The notes below the pieces were generated by a model. The model saw only the letters and a list, made by a program, of their open reading frames with translations. It was not told the origin of the DNA and did no database searches. A stretch of DNA of 64,000 bases from Mantamonas sphyraenae STR306 (taxonomy: Eukaryota > Protista > CRuMs). This document shows positions 42,585 through 54,382 of the stretch, in pieces. The first letter of the stretch is position 1, and each line of letters opens with the position of its first letter. The position numbers and the translations under genes are program-made. The stretch covers positions 62,001 to 126,000 of the forward strand of contig JAPMXV010000022.1 in assembly GCA_026936335.1 (NCBI GenBank), in the 5' to 3' direction.

Positions 42585-45079
42585 TCAAAGAAACTCGTTC
42601 TCCGGGTCTCTGTTGTTGCGCGCACGGAAGGTGGAGTAGGCGATGGCGCACCAGAACATGCAGTAGCACAGGCCGAGCGATGTCCAGATGGGGGAAAATA
42701 CAACGGCGTAGGTGATGTCAAGAGAACCAGTGGCCTTGAGAGAGGCAAGCAGGGCACAGAGCACAGGACACAGGACACCACACAGGTAGAAGAAGAAGGC
42801 CTCAGGGGCCTGGTAGACAGGAATCACAGAGCATGAGATCAATGCAAGTAGATACAGAGGCATGATGACGAGGTGGATGGACCACAGAGGCATGAGACCG
42901 TCGAGCCAGATGGGCCACATGATGAGGGTGGCGGTGATGCACTGGGAGGCGAAGCAGAGTGAGGAGTAGAACGCGTTGAAGAAGGGCGACCGCTCCACCT
43001 CGCTGGAGCACCAGTAGTAGGCAATGCCCGACGTGGCGGACATGCAGTAGGCCGCAAGCCATATGTACACGGGCACAAACAAGGCGGTCCAGGGCGCGTC
43101 GAGCTGGCCGTCCAGTTTGAGTGTGGCCAGCATGGGGAACATGAGAATGAGGATGGACATGCAGAGGGGAAACGCCACGTAGGATTTCCAGTCAAAGTCG
43201 GAAAAGTCAAAGCGACTGAGACCATTGAAGAAGATGCTGGTTGCGACAAGGCACACCCAGAGCCAGGTTGGCAGAAAGACAAGTGCCCATGAGATGCCCG
43301 GGCCCAGGATGCCATCCATCTTGAGAGAGAAGAGCACAAACTGCATGAGGGGCCCAAACACAACCACGAGAAAGGCCGCCAGAAAAAGGAGACCCGAAAG
43401 AGTGTAGAGCCAGTACTTGGGCGTGATGCAGCAATTCTTTGTGGCAACGCACGCCTTGCGAGCCTTTGTGCTCCACAGGGCGTTGTACCGTGCCTCTGCT
43501 TCCCGTTCCTCTCGTAGCCTCGTCTCTGCAAGGCGACGTAGCGTCTCTGTGCGATACTCATTGCGCCAGTCGCGCTCGTGGGGTAGGTGGTACTGTGCCG
43601 ACGCCACCAGCACGGGTTTGCGGTACAAATCGTCGAATTCGGGCAGGTTGCGAAACAGCACGAGCCAGGTGAGCGAGTCGGCGGTCATGCGCAGCAGTTG
43701 CCTGCATGTCATGCCCAGCCGCGCTAGTGAGCGGTAGTCCAGGAAGGAAAAGATAAACAGGAGGATTTCTGTGGGCAACAAGAGCAGAGGAGGTGGCTCT
43801 TCCGACGCATACACATCCTCCGCCTCCTCCTCTTCGATGCGCTCCGTTGCGTCGCCTTTGTCTGTTTTCACAATGTCGTCGTCGTTGTCGTCGTCATCAT
43901 CGTCGGCCTCGTGCAGGACCACTTCGTTCAAGTCCGCCGAGGGGGAGGATGAGGAGGAGGAGGAAGACGCCGTGGGACGTGCCGCACTCACCATGGCCAT
44001 GGTATCCAGTGAATTGGAACGTGTGCGTTCACGTGATTCCACAGCGGCGGCTGTGACGGCAACATGTGGATGCAAGTGTGGGGAAGACTCTGAGTCCAAG
44101 GTTCGCGAACGTCTGCGCTTGTCCAGAGGCTCTGCAGGAGGCTCTGTGTCATCGGCAGCCATGTCTGCGGCTGTATCTGTGTCTGCGGTCTCTGATGCCA
44201 AACTGGCCACAGAGGCGTCAGAGTGCGTACGGTTGTGTTCGGACGCATTCTTGACCCCGCTTGCACTGGCACTGGCCGACGTGGCCGAAAGGGTGTCCAC
44301 TGTGTCGATGTCTGCGTCCAATGTGTGATCCGAGTGCAATGTGGCCGCCTCGTGCTCCTCGTCGCTGCTATACTCCAACATTGCGCCGGCGGAGCTGGGC
44401 ACCGGCGTTTCGCCTCCGCCCCTGCCATCTCCAGTCGCACTGAGGTCCGAGGTACGACGTGCGCCCCCTGCGGAGGTTGAGGTGGATGTTTGGTGCGGCA
44501 GGGTGCCCTCGGAGCTGGTGCTGCTACTTTGCCGCAGCGGGATCATTGTCAAGCGCACGCCGTTGCTTTCCATCGCTGTACTCCGGCGCATGTCCAGCTC
44601 CATGTCCAGTGAATCAAGCAAATGGCTTGTGGCTGCTCGTAGGTCGCTCGCAGTTGCCGAACGCTCCTCGCTGCCCTTGGCACTGCCCACACCGCGTCCA
44701 AGATGAGCCCGGCCCGACGCCGTCTGTGGAGTTCGCGTTTGCTCTTCCAAGCACCTATTCACGTGTTCCTGTGTCATTGTGCGGCAATCACATGTGATGT
44801 GTGACACGTTGTGTGGGTGTGTGGGGGGTGGGTGAGTGGGTGATGTGAGCCCGAGTCGGATGTCTTGGTGGGAAGCGGACCGGGGAGTGGCGAAAGGGCG
44901 GGGATCTTTGCTGCTGCGTGTGCCGAACGGACTGCAGTACGGCACAGGGGAACACGAGAGGGACGCTCGCAGACACACACACACACACACAGAGAGAGAG
45001 CAAGCAAACGCACCTGGATGACATCCTCGTGGTAGTACCAGTCACACACTGGGCAGCGTACTTGGTTGCCCTCCTCCAT
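42585..45079 (-). CDS. UBZ4-type zinc finger + F-box + TMEM185/FAM11-like multipass membrane protein
   Basis: Exon 1 VRCPVCDWYYHEDVIQ splices to EHVNRCL. F-box LLLLPTEILLFIFSFLDYRSLARLGMTCRQL. Repeated LKxDG...W..xFxPxW/Y TM hairpins. Confidence 0.78.
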
Positions 45080-45202
45080 GGCAGGAACCGCGAGTTGCCC
45101 TGGATGGGGCGCTGGCTCACCCACACATACACACCCTCATCACCCATCCCAAACACAAACATCAGACTGCACCGCACACAACAACACGAAAAAAAGTCAA
45201 TC

Positions 45203-48200
45203 ATGAGCACAGTCGATGCAAAGGGCAAAGGCAAAGTGGAACGAAACAACGAGGAGACGAAACACGGTGGGATGGACGACGGCTACGCAAGCATCGGGGC
45301 CATTGTGACCGACGAGGGAGAATTTCTGCATGAAGAGTACCAACGGGAAGGATACAGTGAGGCATTGAGTCTGGAGAGCCGGGAGCCGACACAGGTTCCA
45401 CCGCACACGTACATCTACCTGCTGGAATTGAAAACGGGGGTGGAACGCGTGGTGCTGGGTCCAGATTTTGTGCAGCCGGGAGAAGAGTTTGTCATTACGC
45501 GACAGCCTTCGCCCATGATCAGCGTGCCTGTTGGGTGAGTGACGAAACGAAGAAAGCACGAGGAATTGGGCAGGACCCAAACACACAAACACCATGGCGG
45601 AGGCTGACACGAAGCGCTACATGCACACGCACACATACAGCCACTACTGTGTGGTGGCCAATCCTGTGGTTTACAAGGACGGGAAGGCACAGATGGATGA
45701 CAGGGGAGTGGCGGAACAGCTGTGGGGCAGACAAGAAGTGCGCACCTATCCGTGGCCCCCGTTTGCGGTGTTTCCTGGTGAACAGCTGGTCAAGAGTGTG
45801 TCTGCCATGCCACAGCTGTATGGGGACGAGGCTCTGCTGCTGTTGGCCAAGGAGGATGTGGAGGAGGAGACTGGCGAGACGGACGAGGACGGCAAGATGG
45901 TCACTCGTCTGCGAAGGGCAGGCGAAGAGTGGATGGTGTACGGTCCGGTGATGTACACGCCCCGTGTGGAAGTGGAGATTCTGGAACAGCGGCGTGCAGT
46001 GTCATTGACCCAACACCAGGGCCTGTTGTTGGAAGCCCGAAGCAGCGGAGTCGACGCAAGCGGCCAGCAACGCTACCAAGGTGACCGATGGCTTGTGCGT
46101 GGCGAAACCACGTATCTGCCCAATGAGAACGAGGCGGTGGTGCGAGTGGTGGAGGCCTTGGATGTCACCTGGGAGCGTGGTTTGTGGCTGCGAGCAACAG
46201 AGTCGTTCACCGATGCGTTTGGCGTGTCCAGGCGCATTGGCGACGAGTGGGGCCTGACGTTGGGCACTTTGGAAGAGTTGGATCCAATGGGGGTTGATGT
46301 GAAACAGGTCAGTGCCGAGCTGCTGTCTGTGCGCAGGCGCTACCTCCCGAGTGCGAGTGAGGTCGTCGTCGACGACGCCATGCCCGTTGCCATTCTCTCT
46401 TCACGTCACCACTGCATCAAACTGGACCGTTTCCAGCAGGCAACCCTCGTGCGTGGGCCGTGCGAGGTGTACGTGGCGCCTGGCGAGAAACTGGACGCCC
46501 GAGTGGAAGGCTCGGCCGTGCGCTACGACGACGCCTATCTGATTCCGGGCGTGCGACACAACTACGTGTGCACCGCAGAGGATACGTTGCTTCTTTGTGC
46601 GTTGGAGTCCCACACAGACGATATGGGTGTCTTTCGTCGCGCAGGCGAACAGTGGCTGCATGGAGGGCCGTGCAACTACGTGCCATCGGAGCAGGTGCGT
46701 GTGTTGGAACGTCGCAGTGGCCTTTGGATTAGCCAAGGACGCGGTGTGTATGTGCGCAACCTGGACACCATGCAGGTGCGCCTGGAACGAGGACCGCAGG
46801 TGCTGCAGCTGGGTGCTCAGGACGAGTACTGGCAGAAGGACACGTCCGCGCAGCTTACTCAGTGTCTTCAAGCGACCCCAGGGTGGAAGCCAGGATGCCA
46901 CGGCCAGGAGGAGGAGGGCGAGGAGGAGGAGGCGGCGTGGTTGGCGATTCCAGTCGATGCCATTGCCCTCACGTTTGCCCTGCCTGCGGGATGTGTGTGC
47001 CACGTGGTCGACTTTGCCACCAAGGAGGAGCGTGTGACGCGTGGGCCGTGTGTGATGATGTTGGGTCCGCACGAACAGCCCACGCTGATGAACCTGGGTG
47101 CAGTGTTGGGCATGCAGCCACCGGTGCTCTGTGCCATCCCAGACGGTGCAGACAGAGCCAGCATGCAAACAGTGGCCCCTTGGGTTCCCGTTGGGCCGGG
47201 TGTCATGATTGATCAGTTTCGTGCACGTACCAGCGAGGGCGTCGTGTGGGATCTCAAGCTGGTGTACCACTGGCAGGTGCAGGACTCGCTCACGCGCACT
47301 TTCAAGGACAGTGACTTTGTCGACCACGTTTGTGCCTACCTGCACAGCCGCCTGCGTGTACACATGGAAAGTCTGACCCTGGAGCAGGTGTTTGCGGACA
47401 GCGCCGCCACCGTGCTGCAGGGCGTCTTTCTCGGCGATGCACAGCAGCTTCCGCTGATAGACAGGGCCAGTGGGTCCATCCAAGACATCACAGCACTGCA
47501 GTTGCCCAGCAACGGCGTGTGTGTCACCTCCGTGGAGATTCTGGCCATTGTGCCGCACGTGGAGCCGTCCGTGCTGGCCCGATTGCAGCAAACTGCCGCT
47601 GCGGAAGAGGAGCTGGAACTCAGCAGTGCTCAGGTGCAGGAACAGACGACGCAGGCAGCACAGGCAGCAGCACAGGAGAGCAGGGAAGAGATGGACGAAA
47701 TCACAAGGCAGCTGAACGAGGAAAAGGCTGCGCTGCAGGCCCGATTGGAGCAGGCATTGGCAGAGAGCAAAGAGGAAGAGGAAAGGCTACGTGCAAAGGC
47801 TGAGCATCGAGCAGAGAGTGCGCTCATGGAGGGACGTGCAGCGCTGCAGCGTGCACAAATGCTGGCGGAAGCCAAACGGCTGGAAACGCAGGCGATTGTG
47901 GAGCAGATGGAAGCAATCAACGCACTGGAGAAGGAGCAAAAGCGTGCGCTGGTGGAAATGGAAGTGGAAAGAGCAGAGCGATTGGGAGCACTGGAGGTCG
48001 AACATCTCAAGGCTGTCGCAGCGGCACAGGTGCTCGCTCTTGAGGCGGAGCAGCGGGAGCACGCACAAATCGACGACGTGGTGGTGGTGGTGGGCGAGTC
48101 GAGCAGCACTGGGAGCGGCGAGGGCAGCTCAAAGGGGAAACGGCAGCGCAGTGAGGCCGACGAAGCCTTGGCCAAGGAAGGCAAGGAGATGCTGGCTGGT

Positions 48201-48464
48201 GAGATCAACAAGGATCTGACCATGCGTCTCTTCTTGCTGGCACGCAAGATGGACGGTGTGATCGGTGCTATGACGTCGCACATGACCGGGGTGGGCACTC
48301 GCCTCGAAGTACGTGTGCAATCGCTGCACAAGGAGCTCGAAACACTGCAGGGGCAGGTGGAGAACGCCTTTGGCATGCGCTACGACCCCGGCCAGGGCAG
48401 ATTTGCCTCAATTTCAGAGATTGTGCGGCGTGTGGAAGGGGCAGGACCCGCAGGCACAGGGTGA
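45203..48464 (+). CDS. MVP: Major vault protein-like
   Basis: VPPHTYIY, HYCVVANPV, PFAVFPGEQL, repeated RxAGEEW/GDRWLVRG vault repeats, GVYVRNLDT, shoulder domain and C-terminal cap coiled coil. Short intron near 45536. Confidence 0.9.
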
Positions 48465-48513
48465 TTGGCAGTATGTACATTTGTTCCACTCTCTCCTTCC
48501 CCCCCCTTGTCAC

Positions 48514-49722
48514 TCACTCTATTTTCTCCTGAACCCGCTTTGCCTCCACCTTCCTGAGATGATCCTCGACCTCATTGGCCACTTTCTTCGCTGCCAAACC
48601 GCCCACAATGGCCCCACCGGCCATCCAACCGACCAGCGACGAAGACGACGTTGCTCCAAAGTAGGCACCGACAGGTCCTCCCGTGAGTCCACCTGCAATG
48701 GCACCAACCACAGCTGCACCTGCTGTGGCCAGCACGCTTGTCTCGGCCAGATTGGAAGTTCCTTCTTCCACGTCCTCCTGTGCCTTGTTGATCAAACTCT
48801 CCAGCGTTTCCACTTCCTCTCCCTGCTCTTTAACAAGCTGTGCCACCGTGTGGAATGCACTCAGCAACTCCACCATCGCCGTTTCCGTCTCCTTCAGCTC
48901 CTCCTCATTCAGGGCAATCTGCGCCTGCCGCCGTTGCAGAATCGATTCGCTCAGCTCGTCATCCTCACTCACTTCCACCTTGAGTGCTGTGCAAACATGC
49001 GCCAAAACAAATGTGTCAGGTTCGTCCAGTGTGTGCTCGTGCATCCCCCGTTTTCCTGCGCTCGCTCACCTTTTCCGCTCTCAAACGCAAACTCCAGCTG
49101 CTCGTCGTAGCTCGGCGTCGGCGAATGCACCTCTGCAAACGACGACGCCCCTTCCATCACAGCGCTTGTTCGGCGTCCCCCACCATTCCCAGAGTCCAGC
49201 TCATCGTCGTCCAACACCGCAAACAACGCTTGACTTTCCTCATTCTTTTCCACTGGCGTGAAATCCGCCACAATCCCGCTCGGCATGTTGCGCACGCATT
49301 CATCAAAAACACACTTGATCCTACCAAAAGGTAGCTTAATGTGCAGCTTTACGTAGTCAAACTGGGCGCTCGTGCTCACCAGGTTGCTGCGCGGGTTCGT
49401 CAGATCCGCCAGCTTCTGCCTCCCACGAAAATGACCCCATCGCTGTCTGTGTCAGTTTCAAGCACCTCCCAAATCGTGTCAAGTTGGACTTTGTCCACCG
49501 CACAGTATCTCCATGCCCTTTACTCACATCTTCAAGCTCCCTCTTCAGCTTGCTGGCGATCACAAACTCGTCGATGAGCCGTTCCTTCAGCAGGGCGCTG
49601 ATCTTGCTCGAGCTCACAATCCGCGTCAACAGCCTCGCCAGGTTGTTCACAGCTGCATGGAACTTGCTCAACACCTCTTCCGTCTCCTCCAGAGCGACTG
49701 GTTTGTGCTCGCCAACACTCAT
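48514..49722 (-). CDS. STX17: Syntaxin-17-like Qa-SNARE
   Basis: SNARE motif VKEQGEEVETLESLINKAQEDVEEGTSNL followed by a glycine-rich hairpin TM (VVGAIAGGLTGGPVG...GGAIVGGLAAKK). The Habc region is in upstream exon(s). Confidence 0.78.
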
Positions 49723-49880
49723 TGTTTGATTACCCTTGGCGGAGCGGCCGAATTCCGCGCCCCTCTGCTCCATCACCACCGAGAGCAACCTCGACTCACA
49801 CCACTGCTACACCACCTGTGCACACATTGCCACATGCAGCACACGCCTCTCAACACCCCTGCGCGGTGCCTGCACCAACA

Positions 49881-52800
49881 ATGTTGCCCGAAAACTCCTC
49901 ATCCGACACAGACTCCATCCCAGACGACCACCGGATCCACGATTTTGTGGATTTGACGCAATCGTTGTATGTCCGCGCTCGGGATTATCATCTCGTTCCC
50001 CTTCCACATCCTCTCCAATCGACTGCTGCTGACACCCATTTTTCCCTTGCCACCGAACACAGCGTCATCCCTGCCACCCGCAGCCCGCGCACCTCCTTCC
50101 CCAGCACCACCATCACCACCAGTGTCTACCCCGCCCATGAACCCGCCGAAGATGCATACACAGGCACCGCCACCACCTCCTCCAAGGCATTTTCCGGCGC
50201 CCTCGCAGAATCCGCACTCTTTGGCGAGACCATTCCTGACGATGAGCCGCCCACAGAGGCCGTGGCCCACCACCACCACGCCACAAACGTGTACAATCTC
50301 CCCTCCAGTGCTCTTGTCACCACACAACCAGCCTCGACTGCACAAAAGCCCTCCTCGGTGACCAAGGTCGACCCACCCGAGGACGATCTCCTCATCAACC
50401 TCGTTGAGGGCACCCTCACGGGCGTCGACGCTGCCTACAAGGGCATGAGCAGCCTGGTGTCTTCCTGGTGGAGCACTGGCACCACCTCGACACCCGACGA
50501 TGGAACAGACACAGGCACAGACGCAGACACAGACACCGCTCCACAACCACAGCCAACACCACAAACACCGTTGTCCAAACAGCCCCAAGAGCCACAGGAC
50601 GACTACGTGTACGACCCACGCATGGGCACCGTCACCACCGTCACCGGGGACGTCGTCAGTCCCTACCACGTCAGTTCAGGCCAGCCCTCTGCCGGCCAGA
50701 AGCAGCAGCTGCTTGCCCTGGAGAAGAATCCCATTTCTCGCCAACTCAAGCTCCACATCCGTGTCGGCACTCATAAGCACTACGTTTTCGCCCTCGCCTC
50801 GGCCATTGACAGGCCTGTTGATCTCCAGTCCTCCGCCTACCGTGGCTTCCTCTGTCAACAATGCGGGTTCAAGATCCGTCTCCTCGATCGCGAACTCAAC
50901 CCGCACAACCTCCATCTCGCCGACGACATTGTCGACAACTACGTCTTTGACACCCATTCCTCCCAGCTCCACGACTCGTGGTCTCCTCACACATCTGACT
51001 CCACCACCACCTCCTCCGCACCCCTGACCGGTGCAGACCTCGTCGAAATCGACGCTCTCCAATCCGTCCGCTTCATGGAATCCCTCGGAGCAGAGGCTTT
51101 CGAGAGCGTCACCCTCAACTTGAACTCCTCCTCCTCCTCCTCCTCCTCCTCCTCTTCATCATCGTCATCATCCACCGGCTCCTCCTCATCCTCGTCAGCG
51201 CTCCTCCAACAGCTCGCCGACTCGGTCACCCTCACCTCCTCCTCGCAATCCCTTTCACTTATCGATGCCATCGAAGAGTGCCTCGTCCACATCTTCAAGC
51301 TTCACTCCAACCACCACGAGACCGCACGCAGAGACCAACCCATCTCCGTTTCTCTCGAGCTCGTTTCTCTTCTCTCTGTCGTTGACAAGCGCATGCCCGC
51401 CTCTCCCAACGGTTCTTCGCCGTTGTCATCCTCCTCCTCCTCCTCCTCCTCCTCAAAACCCACAGAGTACACAGAGATCGACCACCGCACCATCGATCTC
51501 CACTCCTTCCAGGCCCGCGAGTGGCTCACAAACGCCGTCAAGCAGCGACTGGACAACCTCCTCCTCCTGGACGGCTCCCAACAGCGTCAGGACACACATC
51601 TCGACACAGGTGCTCGTTGGAAGCCCGAGCCAGGCGCACATGCCTTCTGGACACACACATTGCGCCAGGACACGTACTGCCGCACCTCCATTGCCCTCCT
51701 CAGCGAGGATTTTTGCTTATTTCCCTTTATTCGCCAGTTTGCAGTCGATCTCATGGCCAACATGGACGATACCCTGCTCGACTGCTACCTCATGCCTCTC
51801 GTCCACGCTGTCCGCTTCGATCACAGCACAGACTCTGCTCTCGCACACTACCTGTACACACGTTGCCTCACAAGCACTCTCCTCCTCCACCAACTGTTTT
51901 GGATCCTCCGTGTCTGCACCGAAGACCCCGTCTTTGGCTCCTTCTACACCCAGGTCCTCGCGCGCTTCACAGACGCCATCCGCAGCGCCGGCGCAGCAGA
52001 CACCGACCTCGTCGCCCTGGAGATGCAACAGGTGTTTTTCGATCTCTACGAAGAGCTCACAGAAAGCATTGCTGGCCTGCCCAACGATGAGCAAAAGGCC
52101 TTTCTCGACCGCTTCATGATCTCCAAAATCGACACGTTTGCGTTTTTCTTCCGCGAACCCTACCTCTGCACACCGCTCGACCCACACATTCGCGTCAACA
52201 AGATTGCCAAGCAGAAATGCTTCAGCTCCGCCACCGTGCCCGTCCGCCTCACCTTTGACACCGTCGATCCACAGCTCCCGCCCTACCAGATTATGTTCAA
52301 GCGCGGCGACGACATGCGCAATGACCAGCTTGTCCTCCGTCTCATTGTCCTCATGGATGTCATCCTCAAGCAGCACGGCCTCGACCTTCACCTGACCCCG
52401 TACCGTGCCATGGCCCTCAGCACAAACGTCGGCCTCCTCCAATTCATGCCCGACTCCCCCAGCCTCGGTTCCATCTTTCGCGACCCTCAGTACAACACCG
52501 TCGACGACTCGTCATCCACCACTTCCAACTCAAGCAGCGGGGACTCCTCCTCCTCGACGGGCGCATCCTCCACCTCCACGACTCCAATCCTCAACTTTCT
52601 CCGTGAATTCTCCCCTAGCCAGGATCACGACGCCGTTCAGGGCGTCAGTGCAGACGCTGTCAAGCTGTACTACGAGTCTCTGGCCGGCTACTGTGCGATC
52701 ACGTACATCCTGGGCATCGGAGACCGCCATTTCGACAACCTGCTGCTCAAACACGACGGACACCTCTTTCACATCGACTTTGGATACATCTTCGACGCCA

Positions 52801-53186
52801 ATCCCCTCGTCTCCAACTATCTCTCCACCCCAATGCGTCTCAACTACCAGATGATTGAGGGTATGGGCGGCGTCGAACACGAAAACTACAAGCAGTTTCG
52901 CATCCTGACCATGGAGGCTTTCCTTGTGCTTCGCGAACACGCACCTCTCATCCTCAACCTTCTCAAGCTTGTCGAGGGAGGCCTCAGTGAGGATGTGCCC
53001 AAGGGTGTCACAGACCGCGTGCGCCGCAAGTTTGATCTCGACAACGACCGCGAAGCTGTCGGCCAGCATATTCAGGACATGATTGAACAGTGCCATCGCA
53101 ACACCACGCAAACCGTCGTCGACATCAAACACGAGTGGGCCCAGCAGCTCAAGAAGCTGCAGAGTGAGTTTGCCAAGCTGATTTGA
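49881..53186 (+). CDS. Class III (Vps34-like) phosphatidylinositol 3-kinase with a divergent N-terminus
   Basis: Helical PIK region (YLMPLVHAVRFD), FKRGDDMRNDQLV, LAGYCAITYILGIGDRHFDNLL, FHIDFGYIF, C-terminal KHEWAQ. Confidence 0.87.
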   Translation: MLPENSSSDTDSIPDDHRIHDFVDLTQSLYVRARDYHLVPLPHPLQSTAADTHFSLATEHSVIPATRSPRTSFPSTTITTSVYPAHEPAEDAYTGTATTSSKAFSGALAESALFGETIPDDEPPTEAVAHHHHATNVYNLPSSALVTTQPASTAQKPSSVTKVDPPEDDLLINLVEGTLTGVDAAYKGMSSLVSSWWSTGTTSTPDDGTDTGTDADTDTAPQPQPTPQTPLSKQPQEPQDDYVYDPRMGTVTTVTGDVVSPYHVSSGQPSAGQKQQLLALEKNPISRQLKLHIRVGTHKHYVFALASAIDRPVDLQSSAYRGFLCQQCGFKIRLLDRELNPHNLHLADDIVDNYVFDTHSSQLHDSWSPHTSDSTTTSSAPLTGADLVEIDALQSVRFMESLGAEAFESVTLNLNSSSSSSSSSSSSSSSSTGSSSSSSALLQQLADSVTLTSSSQSLSLIDAIEECLVHIFKLHSNHHETARRDQPISVSLELVSLLSVVDKRMPASPNGSSPLSSSSSSSSSSKPTEYTEIDHRTIDLHSFQAREWLTNAVKQRLDNLLLLDGSQQRQDTHLDTGARWKPEPGAHAFWTHTLRQDTYCRTSIALLSEDFCLFPFIRQFAVDLMANMDDTLLDCYLMPLVHAVRFDHSTDSALAHYLYTRCLTSTLLLHQLFWILRVCTEDPVFGSFYTQVLARFTDAIRSAGAADTDLVALEMQQVFFDLYEELTESIAGLPNDEQKAFLDRFMISKIDTFAFFFREPYLCTPLDPHIRVNKIAKQKCFSSATVPVRLTFDTVDPQLPPYQIMFKRGDDMRNDQLVLRLIVLMDVILKQHGLDLHLTPYRAMALSTNVGLLQFMPDSPSLGSIFRDPQYNTVDDSSSTTSNSSSGDSSSSTGASSTSTTPILNFLREFSPSQDHDAVQGVSADAVKLYYESLAGYCAITYILGIGDRHFDNLLLKHDGHLFHIDFGYIFDANPLVSNYLSTPMRLNYQMIEGMGGVEHENYKQFRILTMEAFLVLREHAPLILNLLKLVEGGLSEDVPKGVTDRVRRKFDLDNDREAVGQHIQDMIEQCHRNTTQTVVDIKHEWAQQLKKLQSEFAKLI

Positions 53187-53223
53187 AAATGTTTGATTTG
53201 ATGTGCCTCCACTCCGCACAACC

Positions 53224-54331
53224 TCACTTTCCCTTTCCCTTCTTGCTCCCGAAACGGCTTCCCTTTTTGCCACCTGCACCACCCGCGGCCCCGCTGCTGC
53301 TGCTGCTCGCAGCCCCTGCTTGTGCTGCCACCTTTTTGCTTTGCTGCAACTTCTCCTTGCGCAGCTGAAACACCTCGTCGGCAGAAGGCAACACGTGGCC
53401 TCCGTGCAACGAGTTGAGTCGCTTGAGCTCCGCCAAGTTTTCCCGCACTCCGGATGCATTTGCACTCACGCTTTGCAGGGCCTCCTTGAGCGATTTGTCC
53501 TCCTCTTTGCCGGCCTCCAAGGCTTGCACATCCTTCTGTCGCTCCTTCCACACCTCCAACTCGCTGTCCAGCTGCTTTTCTTCCTCCTCCAGCGCCAGCT
53601 GCGTGTACCGAGCTGCTGCTAGCTGAGCGCGTGCATCTGCGATCTGCCTGCACAGCTCTTCCACTGCAGAGTCGCCAGCGGCTGTGTTTGCAGCTGCATC
53701 TGCACTTTCCTGCACTTTTGCAGGCACCTTGAAGATATTTGAACGCACGTACGCCTCGAATCGGTCCAGTGCCTTGTTCAGCTGCGGCTCCAACTCTTGC
53801 TGCAAACGTGCCACCCCGTTGCTCACATGCACCATCTTTGCCTTTGCTCGGCTTCCAGACCCCTGTATAAACACGCCATGCACATGTCCCGCACGTGTGC
53901 GAGTGTGTCAGTTCCTTCTGCCGTGCCCGCTGACACCTTGGCGCGTAAAATCGGGGAACGGCTAAAAATCCAAAAATCCGCCGCCCGCTCGCCCTCACCT
54001 TTGTTTTCGCAATCGTCTTGAGAGCCCGCTCCACATCGTCCAGCGTATCATCCATGCTGACGCTTCCCACGTCGCTGACGGCGTCCAGATAGAACTGCAC
54101 CTGCACGCCAAACATGCGCTCTTGTACGTTGTCCGGAACTGAGTCGAGCTGTGTGATCGCCGTCTCGTTTACGCCGCTCAACACTGACATCTGAGTCTGG
54201 TTGTTCTCTTTCTCCTCGGCGAGGAAACTGGAGGAAGACGACGACGACGACGACGACGAGGATGATGAAGCAGCCTGCCTACCCTTCGACCTCCCTCGAG
54301 ATCGCTTGGTCAGATCAATAAAGTCCGACAT
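53224..54331 (-). CDS. MIS12: Kinetochore protein Mis12
   Basis: ERMFGVQVQFYLDAV...; LNKALDRFEAYVRSNIFKVP, then coiled coil. One intron at about 53865-53998. Confidence 0.72.
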
Positions 54332-54382
54332 GTCTTTGTGTGTCTCTTCGTTGGCTGCGCCAGCGCTGGCAGCTGCGACGAA

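Noticed and set aside
3836-53186. Apparent autophagy/endolysosome gene cluster (Atg22-like, RETREG-like, RAB3GAP1, MON1, STX17, Vps34-like)
   Set aside because: The genes are scattered among unrelated ones, and membrane-traffic genes are common enough for this to be chance.
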